Below, piece by piece: positions 18,834 to 29,438 of a stretch of DNA of 64,000 nt (positions are counted from its first letter, which is position 1; every line of letters begins with the position of its first letter). Below the pieces are notes generated by a model, which worked only from the letters and a program-made list of their open reading frames with translations, did not search any database and was not told the origin of the DNA. The position numbers and the translations under genes are program-made. Source of the stretch: a virus (lineage: Duplodnaviria > Heunggongvirae > Uroviricota > Caudoviricetes); the IMG/VR virus record IMGVR_UViG_3300029702_000002; one strand, 5' to 3'.

Positions 18834-21149
18834 TCAGATTTTGCAGGCTCCGTCGCACTCATCTTCTGGCTCGACGGCTACAGCTTGCGTCAGTGGATTC
18901 TGCGGTTCGTCGTCATCACGCTTTCCTGCCCCATCTCTGGTGTTGTGGTAGTAAAGCGTTTTAACTCCCATCTTGTAGGCGAGAAGCAAATCTGACAGTA
19001 GCGTCATCATTGGGACTTTATCGCCTTCAAAGCGAGAAGGGTCATAGTTGGTATTGGCTGAAATAGCCTGGTCAAAGAACTTCTGGATGATCGCCACCTT
19101 TGTCAGATAGCCGCGGTTGTCCGGCATATCCCACAGGTATTCATACTGTTCCTTCAGTTTTTCAAACTCAGGCACGACCATCTTGACGATGCCGTCCTTA
19201 GAAGATTTCACTGACACCGGGCCACGAGGCGGTTCGATGCCGTTGGTGGAATTAGTGATCTGGCTGGAAGTCTCGCATGGCATTTGTGCCGTCAGTGTGG
19301 AGTTGCGAAGGCCGTATTTTGCAATACGTTCACGCAGTTCTTCCCACGGCATCTTTAACTCAAAGTTGGTTTCGCCACTTTCGTCTAATGAAGAACGGTA
19401 ATGGTCGATCGGCAACTGACCAATTGCGTATTTGGTCTGCTCAAACCAGTCACACTCACCTTTTGCTTCAGCAAGTCGGCAGCTGGCATCAAGAAGGTAA
19501 TACTGGATAGCTTCGAACGTTTCATGCACCAGTTTATTGCCAGCGGTATCAGAATAACGAACGCCATTCTTTGCCAGGTAATAAGCAAAGTTGGTTACAC
19601 CAATTCCCAAGCTACGACGAGCTTTGGCAGGCACTTCGGCTGCCTCCATCGGATAGTCTTGATAATCCAGTAACGAATCCAGTGCAGCAACGGCATAGAA
19701 CGCCACCTCTTTAAGAGACTCCAGTGAACGGATGGCTCCGAGGTTAAAAGCGGATAAAGTGCATAGCGCGATCTCACCGTTCGGGTCGTCGGTAAATGCC
19801 AGTGGAAGGGTGGGTAGGGTGATCTCCATACACAGGTTTGACTGGCGAACAGGTGCAAGAGCAGGAATGAAAGCGCCATGCTCATTAATATGATCGACGT
19901 TCGCAATATAAATTCGGCCCGTGGACGCTCGTTCCTGCATCAGAGATGAGAACAGCTCAATGGCAGGTACTGACTTCTTGCGAATTGAATCATCGGCTTC
20001 GTATTTATGGTACAGCTTTTCAAACAGCTCCTGGTCTGTGAAGAAGGCTTCGTACATATCAGGCACATCATGCGGGCTGAACAGAGTGATGTTCTCGCTT
20101 CTGACGAGTCGACGGTACATTAGACGGTTACTCATGACGCCGTAATCAAGATGGCGAACGCGGTTTTCATCAATACCACGGTTATTTTTCACCACCAGCA
20201 GACTTTCAACTTCAAGATGCCAGATCGGGTAAAACGCTGTTGCTGCGCCACCACGAACACCACCTTGCGAACAAGATTTAACAGCCGTCTGGAAATGCTT
20301 CAGGAATGGAATAACTCCAGTATGGGTGGCTTCACCATTGCGGATCTCGCTGCCCAGCGCACGGATACGGCCAAAACCAATACCAATTCCAGCACGACGT
20401 GAAACGTAGTCGATAATTGCGGCTGAAGCTGCACTAATCCCTTTCAGACTATCGCCAGACTCAATCAGCACACAACTGGAGAACTGACGGGTTGGAGTAC
20501 GGACGCCGGCCATGATTGGTGTGGGCAGAGACAGTTTGAACGTACTTGTAACGTCATAGAAACCTTTGACCATCTCCATACGTGTTTTGCCAGCGCAGTC
20601 GTCTTCCCAATTCTGGAACAGACACATGCCTACCAGCATATAGATATGTTGCGGTCCCTCATGAATCTCACCAGTAACACGGTTTTGAACGAGGTATTTG
20701 CTTTGCAACTGCACCGTAGCTGCATAGCCAAAAAGATCGTCACGTTTCGGCTTAATGTAATTGCCGAGTTCTTCGATCTCTTCAAACGAATAATGTGTCA
20801 GCAAATCCTTGTCATAAACGCCCTTGTTAACGTTCTTGACAATGTGTTGGTAGAAGTTCGGATAGTCGTAACGACCGAAGGCATCTTTGCGGATTTTAAA
20901 AATGTTCAGGCGGGCAGCCACCTGTGAGTAATTTGGTGCTTCTGGTGAGATCAAATCAGCGGCAGATTTAACCAAAGCCTCATGCAACTGGCTGGTGGTC
21001 ATCCCATCAAAAATGCTGGCCGCAGCTCCCATTGCTACAGCGGATGCGCTTACACCACGAATGCCTTCTACGCCATACATTACGACGCGGTTGTATTTTT
21101 CTTCGGATAACGGCTCTGTTTGGCCGTTACGTTTTACGATGCTTATCAT
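18834..21149 (-). CDS. nrdA: ribonucleotide reductase large (alpha) subunit, class I
   Basis: 771 aa; N-terminal ATP-cone-like MISIVKRNGQTEPL; conserved catalytic core. Confidence 0.9.
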   Translation of the reverse strand: MISIVKRNGQTEPLSEEKYNRVVMYGVEGIRGVSASAVAMGAAASIFDGMTTSQLHEALVKSAADLISPEAPNYSQVAARLNIFKIRKDAFGRYDYPNFYQHIVKNVNKGVYDKDLLTHYSFEEIEELGNYIKPKRDDLFGYAATVQLQSKYLVQNRVTGEIHEGPQHIYMLVGMCLFQNWEDDCAGKTRMEMVKGFYDVTSTFKLSLPTPIMAGVRTPTRQFSSCVLIESGDSLKGISAASAAIIDYVSRRAGIGIGFGRIRALGSEIRNGEATHTGVIPFLKHFQTAVKSCSQGGVRGGAATAFYPIWHLEVESLLVVKNNRGIDENRVRHLDYGVMSNRLMYRRLVRSENITLFSPHDVPDMYEAFFTDQELFEKLYHKYEADDSIRKKSVPAIELFSSLMQERASTGRIYIANVDHINEHGAFIPALAPVRQSNLCMEITLPTLPLAFTDDPNGEIALCTLSAFNLGAIRSLESLKEVAFYAVAALDSLLDYQDYPMEAAEVPAKARRSLGIGVTNFAYYLAKNGVRYSDTAGNKLVHETFEAIQYYLLDASCRLAEAKGECDWFEQTKYAIGQLPIDHYRSSLDESGETNFELKMPWEELRERIAKYGLRNSTLTAQMPCETSSQITNSTNGIEPPRGPVSVKSSKDGIVKMVVPEFEKLKEQYEYLWDMPDNRGYLTKVAIIQKFFDQAISANTNYDPSRFEGDKVPMMTLLSDLLLAYKMGVKTLYYHNTRDGAGKRDDDEPQNPLTQAVAVEPEDECDGACKI

Positions 21150-21222
21150 GTATCACCAAATAAAGAGGGCCACTAAATATAGTGGCCCATGTTAATAGAT
21201 AAGCACTTACCTATCAATGAAA

Positions 21223-21792
21223 TCAAATGAGAGACTTAAGAACATCGCGCACCTGGCGGAACTGATCTGTTTGCATACCGGTATGGATGGCAGCCACCGC
21301 ATCAGCCAAATGTTCGTTTTTGTTCACGAGAACATCCTGTCCAGATTGCTTACGACGCAGCCACGGTGCTTTAGGGTGTTTTTTCGTAGCCCACTGGATA
21401 ATCTCTTCTTTCGATGTAGTAAGTTTATTGCCGACAAAATGCTTGATTTCGTTTGGAGTAACCTGGATCAATGGCTTATCCACACACGCAAGTACACCGA
21501 TACAAATACCGTAAGACGTCTGCGAACGAGAGTTTTGGCTCCCAACCGGTAGCTCACAAAAAACCATATTTGCCTTATCAATGATTGGCTTCGCAACACG
21601 CCATATTTCACTGGCTCGGCGCAGATCGTCACTGTTCACACGAACGGTCTTTTTGTTACTCCCCGCTTTAGTCTCAACAAGAGTAAGGCCGTGAATCTCA
21701 AGTTCGTCCGTCTCAAGGTCTAAAGTGCCCACAGCAAGCCCAAAGTTGCTCATTGAGGGATCAACACCAACTACGCTGATTTTTTTACTCAT
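21223..21792 (-). CDS. RuvC-like Holliday junction resolvase
   Basis: N-terminal VVGVDPSMSNFGLAV and C-terminal EHLADAVAAIHTG motifs. Confidence 0.7.
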   Translation of the reverse strand: MSKKISVVGVDPSMSNFGLAVGTLDLETDELEIHGLTLVETKAGSNKKTVRVNSDDLRRASEIWRVAKPIIDKANMVFCELPVGSQNSRSQTSYGICIGVLACVDKPLIQVTPNEIKHFVGNKLTTSKEEIIQWATKKHPKAPWLRRKQSGQDVLVNKNEHLADAVAAIHTGMQTDQFRQVRDVLKSLI

Positions 21793-21801
21793 ATAGTCTC
21801 C

Positions 21802-22560
21802 TTACCATGTTCCCCATATAGGGTTTTCCAATAATCTCGCCTCCAACGAATTGGCTACTATTGCCGTTTGCAACGTTGGTTGGGGATAGTTTGCAAAGTC
21901 TGAATACTCATTTTCCTGCGTGACACGTTTATCTGCGGCATGTTTATCTGCGGCATGTTTTACACCACTTGCTATGAAATGACGCATGATGCCCAACAGC
22001 CTCCGACTGTCTGCACTATCGTTTGCTAAAACATGAGGGAGCTGAAGTTCGATTTCTACCATTTCTCCATACTTACCAACAAACTGTAGTTTGTCCGCAC
22101 TGTACTTTTTATCCCTCCTTTGGATAAGGAAACCAGTAAAAGCATCACCTGGCGATGCCAAACTATCCACCCGCTTATTGGCAAGTCGAATAAGGTTCGT
22201 GAAAGCCATACAGTGATGCGCACCCATTCCCCCAAAGAACCCTTCGCTATTAATGTTAAGATCTTCAGTTTCATGGGATGCAATAAACCCAGGCCCGACG
22301 TTGGGAAGATATCCCCCCTCAACAAAAGGATTAATCAGGATCGGCGCAATACATCCAGGTGGTAGTGATTTCAAACTTTGCATCAATGGCGTCTCGGATA
22401 TTAGACCAAGCAACGCGGCGAATTGTACTCCGTCAATATTGTTGCTGCCCCACAGAATACGTGGAGCCGCACCATTGGAAGTATGCCCATTGATCAGTTT
22501 TATCGACTGCATCACTGCAAATACCTGCAAAAACTGCGAGCGGCTTAATTTAAACGACAT
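21802..22560 (-). CDS. hypothetical protein (252 aa) containing a KHAAD tandem repeat
   Basis: ORF track; 15-bp tandem DNA repeat at ~21926-21965. Confidence 0.5.
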   Translation of the reverse strand: MSFKLSRSQFLQVFAVMQSIKLINGHTSNGAAPRILWGSNNIDGVQFAALLGLISETPLMQSLKSLPPGCIAPILINPFVEGGYLPNVGPGFIASHETEDLNINSEGFFGGMGAHHCMAFTNLIRLANKRVDSLASPGDAFTGFLIQRRDKKYSADKLQFVGKYGEMVEIELQLPHVLANDSADSRRLLGIMRHFIASGVKHAADKHAADKRVTQENEYSDFANYPQPTLQTAIVANSLEARLLENPIWGTW

Positions 22561-24466
22561 AGCTGCGCCCCTCTTTAACTTCCAGCGTAATAGTTTCCCG
22601 GAACCATGACTTCATCTCTTTATGGGAGATAATCAGCACAGTACCTCGCTCGCGAGCTTTGGACTCCAGAATACCCATGAGGCGTTCAAGACCGGCTGTA
22701 TCGAGTGCATCGTCAATTTCGTCGCCGATAAACAAATCGATGTTTTTACTCGCCCGGTTACTAACTAGATCCTGCAATGCCAAAGAACACGCAATGCGAA
22801 CCTTCCGCTTCTCACCACCAGAGAGGGTCTGGAACGACTTACTTGAACCTTTCTTCTGCACACTAATGTTGAATTTGTCGCGATACTCACCTTTTTTAGT
22901 GACATCCATCGTCGACCACTCAGCAGTAATATTCCCGTCAGACAACGTATTGAGATACTCGGCAGTGCGTGTATTCAGGAAAGGCGTAACAGACGTCAAA
23001 ATATGAGAACGCACCCCGGCAGGAGAGTAGACCTGACGAGCTTTTTCCAATAGCAACGTTTGTTCCTGAATAGCCTTCAACTCATCTTTTAAGGACTTGA
23101 AGGTAGACTTACTGGATACCAGGTTATCTTCGTGTCTGGCGATAAGAGCAATAAACGGATTAATCTCTTTTGATATACGATCGACCTCAGTACGAGCACG
23201 AGTCACAAGAGACTCAATAGCAACAACCTCCTTCTCACGATGACGCAAAGATGAGAGTTGTTTCGTAAGCTCTTCAATCCGGGCAATGATAGCCGTTACA
23301 TCAGGTGTCGTTTTAACAAGGGCAGACTCAATGCTTAACGCTTTCTCAAGATTCGTTTTGTGTTTAGCCATTGCCTCTGCAAGTGTCTTCGCCTGACCAA
23401 TTTCCTGACGTGCTTGTTCAATGAAATTCTCCTTCACCGTTGATAGATCTTCTTCGCAGTAGGCTTTGCCACAAGTAGGGCATGGTGATCCCACTTTAGT
23501 ACCAACCTCTTCTGCTTTGGTCTTAAAATTACGCGCGCGGTTCATTGCATCAGCCTGACTATTTTCTGTAGCTTTGATGCTTGCCCGAATATCAGTTATC
23601 GCACCACGAACTTTGAGCAACTTGGCGTCATGTTCTTCTTTTGAGGCTAACTTTTTGCGCTCACTTTCGATTGCCTTCTCGGTATCACGGATCTGTTCGG
23701 GAAGAGTGCGGATCTCAAGTTCAACTTCCGTTAACTCAACTTCGGCACTGGCCAGCCCAGCCAGGGCATCGTCATAACGTTTAGAACGCTCTTGCTCCCA
23801 TGATTCAGAGGAGGCTTTCGCTGACTCAATTTCTGACTGTGTTGCCTCAATGGTCGAGATTGTCGACTCCAATTTGGTTTTAACCACATCCATACGTGCG
23901 GCAGCTGCATTAGCTCGCTCACGAGCAATAGCGTAGGCGCGTGTCAGTCTGTCAACGCCAGCGGCTTCTTCTACGATGGTTTTGAGGTTTTTGTCGGACA
24001 TTCCAGGTAAATCTGGCATAGCTTCTTGGCTCGCATAGATGGAAGCCATGAAAACCTCTTTAGATGCACCGATCAGACGCTCGACGAACTCTTGCGTCAG
24101 CGCATCTTTGCCTTTCGTCATATCGCCGTCTTCACCACGAACGATAAGCCGATTTTTGAACTCTTTGTGTTTACGGTGACGAATGATCGCATATCTCTTG
24201 CCTTCATCCTCGATGGTTACTGCAACACGACAGTTCTTTTCATGGTCGGTAGACAACACATCGTCACCCTTCACACCATGAGCTGTTTCGCCATAAAGAC
24301 ACCACATCAGGCTATTCATTAGCGTTGACTTTCCAGAGCCATTACTTGATGCGGAACTATCATCACTATTAACACCCTGAATGAGCACTAAACCACGCTG
24401 ATCTAACTCGACCTCCGCGCTGGCGATAGCCATAAAATTCTCAACCTGGAGCTTTAAAAACTTCAT
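22550..24466 (-). CDS. sbcC: SbcC/Rad50-like recombination ATPase
   Basis: Walker A GSGKST, long coiled-coil, CPTCG zinc hook, C-terminal signature/Walker B. Confidence 0.85.
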   Translation of the reverse strand: MKFLKLQVENFMAIASAEVELDQRGLVLIQGVNSDDSSASSNGSGKSTLMNSLMWCLYGETAHGVKGDDVLSTDHEKNCRVAVTIEDEGKRYAIIRHRKHKEFKNRLIVRGEDGDMTKGKDALTQEFVERLIGASKEVFMASIYASQEAMPDLPGMSDKNLKTIVEEAAGVDRLTRAYAIARERANAAAARMDVVKTKLESTISTIEATQSEIESAKASSESWEQERSKRYDDALAGLASAEVELTEVELEIRTLPEQIRDTEKAIESERKKLASKEEHDAKLLKVRGAITDIRASIKATENSQADAMNRARNFKTKAEEVGTKVGSPCPTCGKAYCEEDLSTVKENFIEQARQEIGQAKTLAEAMAKHKTNLEKALSIESALVKTTPDVTAIIARIEELTKQLSSLRHREKEVVAIESLVTRARTEVDRISKEINPFIALIARHEDNLVSSKSTFKSLKDELKAIQEQTLLLEKARQVYSPAGVRSHILTSVTPFLNTRTAEYLNTLSDGNITAEWSTMDVTKKGEYRDKFNISVQKKGSSKSFQTLSGGEKRKVRIACSLALQDLVSNRASKNIDLFIGDEIDDALDTAGLERLMGILESKARERGTVLIISHKEMKSWFRETITLEVKEGRSYVV

Positions 24467-24695
24467 ATAACACCTCTGATACCGTGTGTTAGCTTTTGGC
24501 CTTCTTTCAATCTGAACTCCGTATGCGCCGGGAAGGATCTGCGCCTCAATACGCCTTTTCTTGTTAACCTTCCAAGATAAAACGCTACGGGATTTCCTTG
24601 TGGCGGGTAGGGCTTGTGAAACATCACCGTCTGGCCTCGTTCAAGTCTTTTCATCGTGATGGCAAAGTCTCGAAAGCTCCCATAACGACTTTGCC

Positions 24696-25781
24696 TCACA
24701 CAGCCTCCGAACTCTCCGCTTCGGTGAGGATTTCCTGACACAAAATATCCAACTTGCTCAGATCAAATCCGCCGTCAGTATCGTGGACAATCTTGCAATA
24801 AGCAGATACCGACTCTCCCAGGCTATCGATTTTGCTGGTTTCCGTTGTGCTTGCTGTCCCTTCCATCATTGATGACTTACGGATGAAGTTGCACACAACA
24901 CCTTTTGCACCCATTGTTTTAAGGATGTTCTGGTACTTAATGCCTTCTTCATCGTTCTCGATTACGGCGCGGAAACGCACGTAGTTGCCGCGAATTTGGT
25001 CATCGGCAACATAATCTTCCAGGTTAATGAATTTAGGCGCACTGGTTTCGTAGTGACTGAAACTGCCGTCCGGGTTTACGATCATGTAACCAGCCAGAGA
25101 TCCAACATCTCCCCAATTTTGATGGGTCAGCGCACCGACACTGATAACTCCAGGAATGACCTCTTTGTGGTTGTGGTAATGCCCACTAAGCACGAGACGA
25201 AAGCCGATATCCTTTAACTCCTGCGCATCGATACCGACGTCAGGCATTGTTGGAATGGCTTTGTTAATGGATGTATGGATAACAACGTCATGGTTATCAC
25301 CTTCTACGCTCTTACGTAATGCTTTCAGATCGCTGATAAGCTCCGCATGATTGTTACGCCAGCTAATCAGGTGGACAGTCACATCACCAATTTTTATTGA
25401 GTGTGGGCGCTTGCCACATACGATTACCACGCCGATAGAACTCAGCGATGCTGCTGCGTTGGCGCTATATACTGAATCGTTGGTTTCAAGATCGTGATTA
25501 CCGGCCAGCATTACTACTATCAGATCAAGCTCGTTGATAATCCACTTGTACGTTTCAGTTACGTAATGCAAAACAGAAGGGGACACAGTTCCTCGGACGT
25601 GAAATGTATCACCGGCAACCAACATGTACTTACAACCGGCCTTCTTCATGGCGATGGCTGCTTCTTTCGTTGCTTCCAACTGTATTTCAAGTCTGGAGTT
25701 AAGCCCCTCTGCGTTCGTCGTGGAGAACGCATCCCATTTGTGGTAGTGGCAGTCAGAAATGACGCCGTATGGCAAAGTCAT
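24696..25781 (-). CDS. sbcD: SbcD/Mre11-like nuclease
   Basis: Calcineurin-like phosphoesterase motifs (GDTFH, GNHD, GHYH). Confidence 0.85.
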   Translation of the reverse strand: MTLPYGVISDCHYHKWDAFSTTNAEGLNSRLEIQLEATKEAAIAMKKAGCKYMLVAGDTFHVRGTVSPSVLHYVTETYKWIINELDLIVVMLAGNHDLETNDSVYSANAAASLSSIGVVIVCGKRPHSIKIGDVTVHLISWRNNHAELISDLKALRKSVEGDNHDVVIHTSINKAIPTMPDVGIDAQELKDIGFRLVLSGHYHNHKEVIPGVISVGALTHQNWGDVGSLAGYMIVNPDGSFSHYETSAPKFINLEDYVADDQIRGNYVRFRAVIENDEEGIKYQNILKTMGAKGVVCNFIRKSSMMEGTASTTETSKIDSLGESVSAYCKIVHDTDGGFDLSKLDILCQEILTEAESSEAV

Positions 25782-26035
25782 GTGTTTTTCCTTTGTGGTT
25801 ATTTTGATACAAATTTTAAGAGCAATGAGAAGGTAAACAACTATGCATAACGGTATGTTAGGAATGAAACGAGCGTCTTAATATACAAAATTTATAAGTA
25901 AGTATATACCTATTTATTGTGGCGCAACTTTGCTTGTCTGTATGACTAAAAATAAGACAGGATCACTGTAGAACGCTATGAGAGCTATTTTGAGGAGGCG
26001 TAGATTCTATCTACGCCAATATACGATCTGGAGGG

Positions 26036-26680
26036 TTACAGCGCGTCAGTGGGCTTTTTACGCGCTGCGTTTATGCTTATGACGCCAGCTTTTGGACGTG
26101 GGTCAACAAGGTTAAGCTCTTCTTCGCTGTGGTATTCGAGGTCGAACTCACGTTTTACATGTCTGATGTAGATTGCGGTGAGCAGGCTATCTTTGGTCAG
26201 AAAGTGTCCGTAGGATTTGCGGATCACTTCTTCTACCTTCTCGATTTTCTCACCACCCATACAGAGATGATTAAACCGGCTGTGTTTCCGCAACATTTCG
26301 TCTACTGGGCCTGAGTAAACCTTGTCTACTTTCCCAAAACGGATGATTTTTCCTGTGTCTGCGGATACGAGGCAAATCAGCTTGTCTGGTGATAAACGAT
26401 CTCGCCACGTCACACCTGAACGGAGTGTGTTGAAGTAGGGGGCATCCAATCCGATGATCGGTTTACGAAATGCGAGTAATGGAACGTACCTGATGCAACT
26501 GTTTAAATGAAAATTCACACCAGCCTTATCAAGTTTAATTCTGGTTTCGTAGATCGGGCACTTCGCCGCTATACCGCAGATGTCACAAAGCAACTTCTGC
26601 TTATTCAGGTTGGAATTTGATTCGATAGTGTAGGATCCGTCTTCAAGACGACGAACCCAGCGCGTGCGTTTTAGATCCAT
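26036..26680 (-). CDS. hypothetical Cys-rich protein (214 aa)
   Basis: ORF track; CDICG...C...H..C cluster near N-terminus. Confidence 0.5.
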   Translation of the reverse strand: MDLKRTRWVRRLEDGSYTIESNSNLNKQKLLCDICGIAAKCPIYETRIKLDKAGVNFHLNSCIRYVPLLAFRKPIIGLDAPYFNTLRSGVTWRDRLSPDKLICLVSADTGKIIRFGKVDKVYSGPVDEMLRKHSRFNHLCMGGEKIEKVEEVIRKSYGHFLTKDSLLTAIYIRHVKREFDLEYHSEEELNLVDPRPKAGVISINAARKKPTDAL

Positions 26681-26759
26681 ATGTCATTTTTCTGTGATTG
26701 TTAGCCGAGGCAACGATAACCCACCAGGTGCGCCGAAGGTAGTAAATGCCTGTTTTAAT

Positions 26760-26985
26760 TATTCACATATCCACAGGATAGATCCTAATAAAGAGATCCA
26801 TAGATAGATCCTTGTATAGATCAAATAAGATCCCCGATCGCTGTAAGCCGCGCCACGACTGGTCTGAAGCCATGTTCATGTATGCTGTCAGCGGTAATTG
26901 ATAGTCTGTCAGCGGTTCACCGTATGCTGCCAACTGTTTTTGGTATTCTGTCAGCGGCAAATCAAGTATGCTGTCAGCGGTTGAA
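26760..26985. promoter_or_regulatory. plasmid-type replication origin region: DnaA box, GATC cluster, five iterons
   Basis: ATATCCACA at 26767-26775; six GATC sites within 26782-26839; TATGCTGTCAGCGGT-like repeats at 26881-26981. Confidence 0.7.
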
Positions 26986-27000
26986 TGACAAAGGTGTCCA

Positions 27001-28096
27001 CATGTCCACAAAAAATAAAAAAGGTAAAAATAACAAAGAAGTAGAAGATAATCTCGACAACTTTGAAGAAGGTTCCCTTGAATTGTACACAGGGGAACTT
27101 GTCCCTAATAGCAACAATACAGTCCAACCAATTGCGTTGATGCGGCTGGGATTGTTCGTGCCCACGCTCAAGGGGACAAAATACAGCAAGCGTAACAAGC
27201 CAAATGAGATCGATGCTTCAAAGGAGCTTGTTCAGCTCGAAGTAGCCCGTTCTGAAGGCTATTCCGATATCAAGATAACCGGTCCTCGTCTCGACATGGA
27301 TCATGATTTCAAAACGTGGGTGGGCGTTGTGCGTTCGCTGGCAGAATACGGCGAACCTAACGGTCGTGTCGAGTTAAGCATCACGAAATTTGCGAAGTTT
27401 TGTGGCTATCCATCGTCACAGATCCGCAAAACACTCCGCGACCGGCTTACAAACAGTCTTTTGAAGATCATGCGTACAACTCTGTCTTTCCAGAGAACGT
27501 ATGAAGAAAAGAACGTCGACGGCTCTAACAAGATCTCGCTTCTGATGGTGCACCTCATCAATAGCGTGGACTACAACGAGCAGAAAGATACGGTGGTGTT
27601 CTATGCAGAACCGAAGCTGGCCGAACTATATCGCTTTGACCATAAGGTTCTTTTGCAGTTAAAGGTTATCAATAAGCTACCACGCAAAGAAACAGCACAG
27701 GCTCTGTACACCTTCATCGAAAGTCTTCCAACCAAGCCTGCGCCGGTGTCGCTTGCTCGATTGCGTGCGCGACTCAATTTGAGTAGCAGGAATGTCAGCT
27801 CGCAGAATCAGACTATACGCAACGGCTTAAAAGCTCTCCAAGATTTGGGTTATCTCGAATACAGCGAGATTAAACGAGGGCGGTCGATCTATATCCAGAT
27901 TCACAGCCGCAATCCAAAACTCAAAGTCGCACCGCCAAAACCTGAAGACATCGAACCCAAAAAACTAGATGAGAAAGCTGGGGAAATTGATGCCAAACAG
28001 AACATTATCAACAAGATAACCGAACTTTCGCAGAATTTGACGCCTGAAAATATCAAGATGATTGAGATCCTTTCCAATAGTCTCAAACTGCTTTGA
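27001..28096 (+). CDS. repA: iteron-binding plasmid replication initiator RepA; start moved to ATG at 27001
   Basis: ORF 26882..28096 trimmed because its 5' extension overlaps the iterons; flanked by iteron arrays; recalled resemblance to P1/RepFIB RepA (NSNNTVQP..ALMRLG). Confidence 0.8.
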
Positions 28097-28628
28097 TATG
28101 CTGTCAGCGGTGAAATGTATGCTATCAGCGGCTATTTTTCTGAAAAGTATGCTGTGAACGGTTAAAGATATGCTACCAGCGGTATAGTGAGATGAACGTA
28201 TGCTGTGGGCGGTAAATCATCTATCACCACTCAATGCTCTGTCATACCTCCCCAGTGGTTACTAACCTCGAAGAGTGCATTCCATATAGGTTTGCGCTCA
28301 CTAACATTCTATTGCTATTGCGCTGATTGCTTGTAGTGAAAGGCATTTATTGCCTGCTGCTCCCTGATAGAACGTATGCTGTCAGCGGTGTTTTATTGAG
28401 GAATTTTTGTTTGGATATGCTATCAGCGGTAATTAATGGTATATGTCAGACCTTCGTATGCTGCCAGCGGTAATTTTGTTCTGGTTATACCCATACCGGT
28501 ACACATTATTCATGCAATGTCTTAAGTATGCTGTCAGCGGTAAAAAATCGAGTAAAGTATGCTGTGAGCGGTGAGATAGACTCTCGATATGCTATCAGCG
28601 GTAGTTGATTGTGTATGCTGTCAGCGGT
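28096..28628. repeat. downstream iteron array, 12 copies in three clusters (copy-control type)
   Basis: Copies begin at 28096, 28117, 28147, 28168, 28199, 28374, 28415, 28457, 28526, 28557, 28587, 28613. Confidence 0.85.
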
Positions 28629-28675
28629 GACGACTATGAAATATGACTGCGGAACGTGCCGCAGTCAGTTTGCAT

Positions 28676-28888
28676 TTAGTGTATTTTCTTTAACAGACCC
28701 CAAAGTGTTCCGGCTTTTGTAGTCAGTTTTCCTGTTTCTGGATCGTACATACGCCATTCACGCCGCTGGTGGACGATATACCCATCTTCACGTTCCAGAC
28801 GCTCAAGAATGCCAGGCTGCTTGAAACCCTTAGCACGCCAGTAGCCGCTTGTTTTCTCGATTTCCAGACCTGCCAGTGTTAATGCCAT
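28676..28888 (-). CDS. hypothetical protein (70 aa)
   Basis: ORF track. Confidence 0.4.
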   Translation of the reverse strand: MALTLAGLEIEKTSGYWRAKGFKQPGILERLEREDGYIVHQRREWRMYDPETGKLTTKAGTLWGLLKKIH

Positions 28889-29223
28889 TATCCAACCTCC
28901 TTGCAGTCATCGAAAAGGTAGCTTTGCTGAGAAGCGTGAACACCATAGAAGCCCTTGTATTTGTTGTATACGAAGTGGTCTTCTCCGACGCCGGTTAATT
29001 TGCCATTACGATTTGTGAGATATGGGGATGACAACACTCGATCGTCACGCACAACATAGAACTGGTCGCCGCTGTCTACGACCATCGCTCCATATGGTGC
29101 TTTTATGACGTCGGTAAGAGCGCCATTCTTAACGTCGGCTACAGACATTTCACACTGATAAACAGTGGTGTCGGCCACAACGATCGAAGAAAGGAACAAC
29201 AGCGCGAATGGGATGGCCTTCAT
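28888..29223 (-). CDS. secreted protein with signal peptide (111 aa)
   Basis: N-terminal MKAIPFALLFLSSIVVA signal-peptide-like segment. Confidence 0.5.
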   Translation of the reverse strand: MKAIPFALLFLSSIVVADTTVYQCEMSVADVKNGALTDVIKAPYGAMVVDSGDQFYVVRDDRVLSSPYLTNRNGKLTGVGEDHFVYNKYKGFYGVHASQQSYLFDDCKEVG

Positions 29224-29400
29224 GCTGCCACCTCTTTGATTACATCAAATGCTGAATTAAATACGAGCACGATAGCCAAAGCGTTTATGACTACGTCGTT
29301 CACCGGGGAAAAGACTTTACGAATGACACCGGTGAAAATGCAGTCGATGACAAAAGCTATTGAAACGATGAGTAACAAGTATTCAATAAAAATCTTCATG
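29223..29400 (-). CDS. small membrane protein (~59 aa, below ORF-track cutoff)
   Basis: Manual translation MKIFIEYLLLIVSIAFVIDCIFTGV...; stop overlaps start of 28888..29223. Confidence 0.35.
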
Positions 29401-29438
29401 ATAGGTAGATACTAACTTATATAAATTTTACTGTAAAC

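Noticed and set aside
26882-27000. N-terminal 40-codon extension of the RepA ORF given in the ORF track
   Set aside because: The extension overlaps the upstream iterons and encodes low-quality sequence; the ATG at 27001 preceded by AAAGG is the more plausible start.
28096-28628. Regularly spaced 15-bp direct repeats that could be mistaken for a CRISPR array
   Set aside because: Repeats are too short, spacing is irregular (21-30 bp, in three clusters), copies are degenerate, and they flank a RepA-like gene with a DnaA box and GATC cluster; the iteron interpretation fits better.
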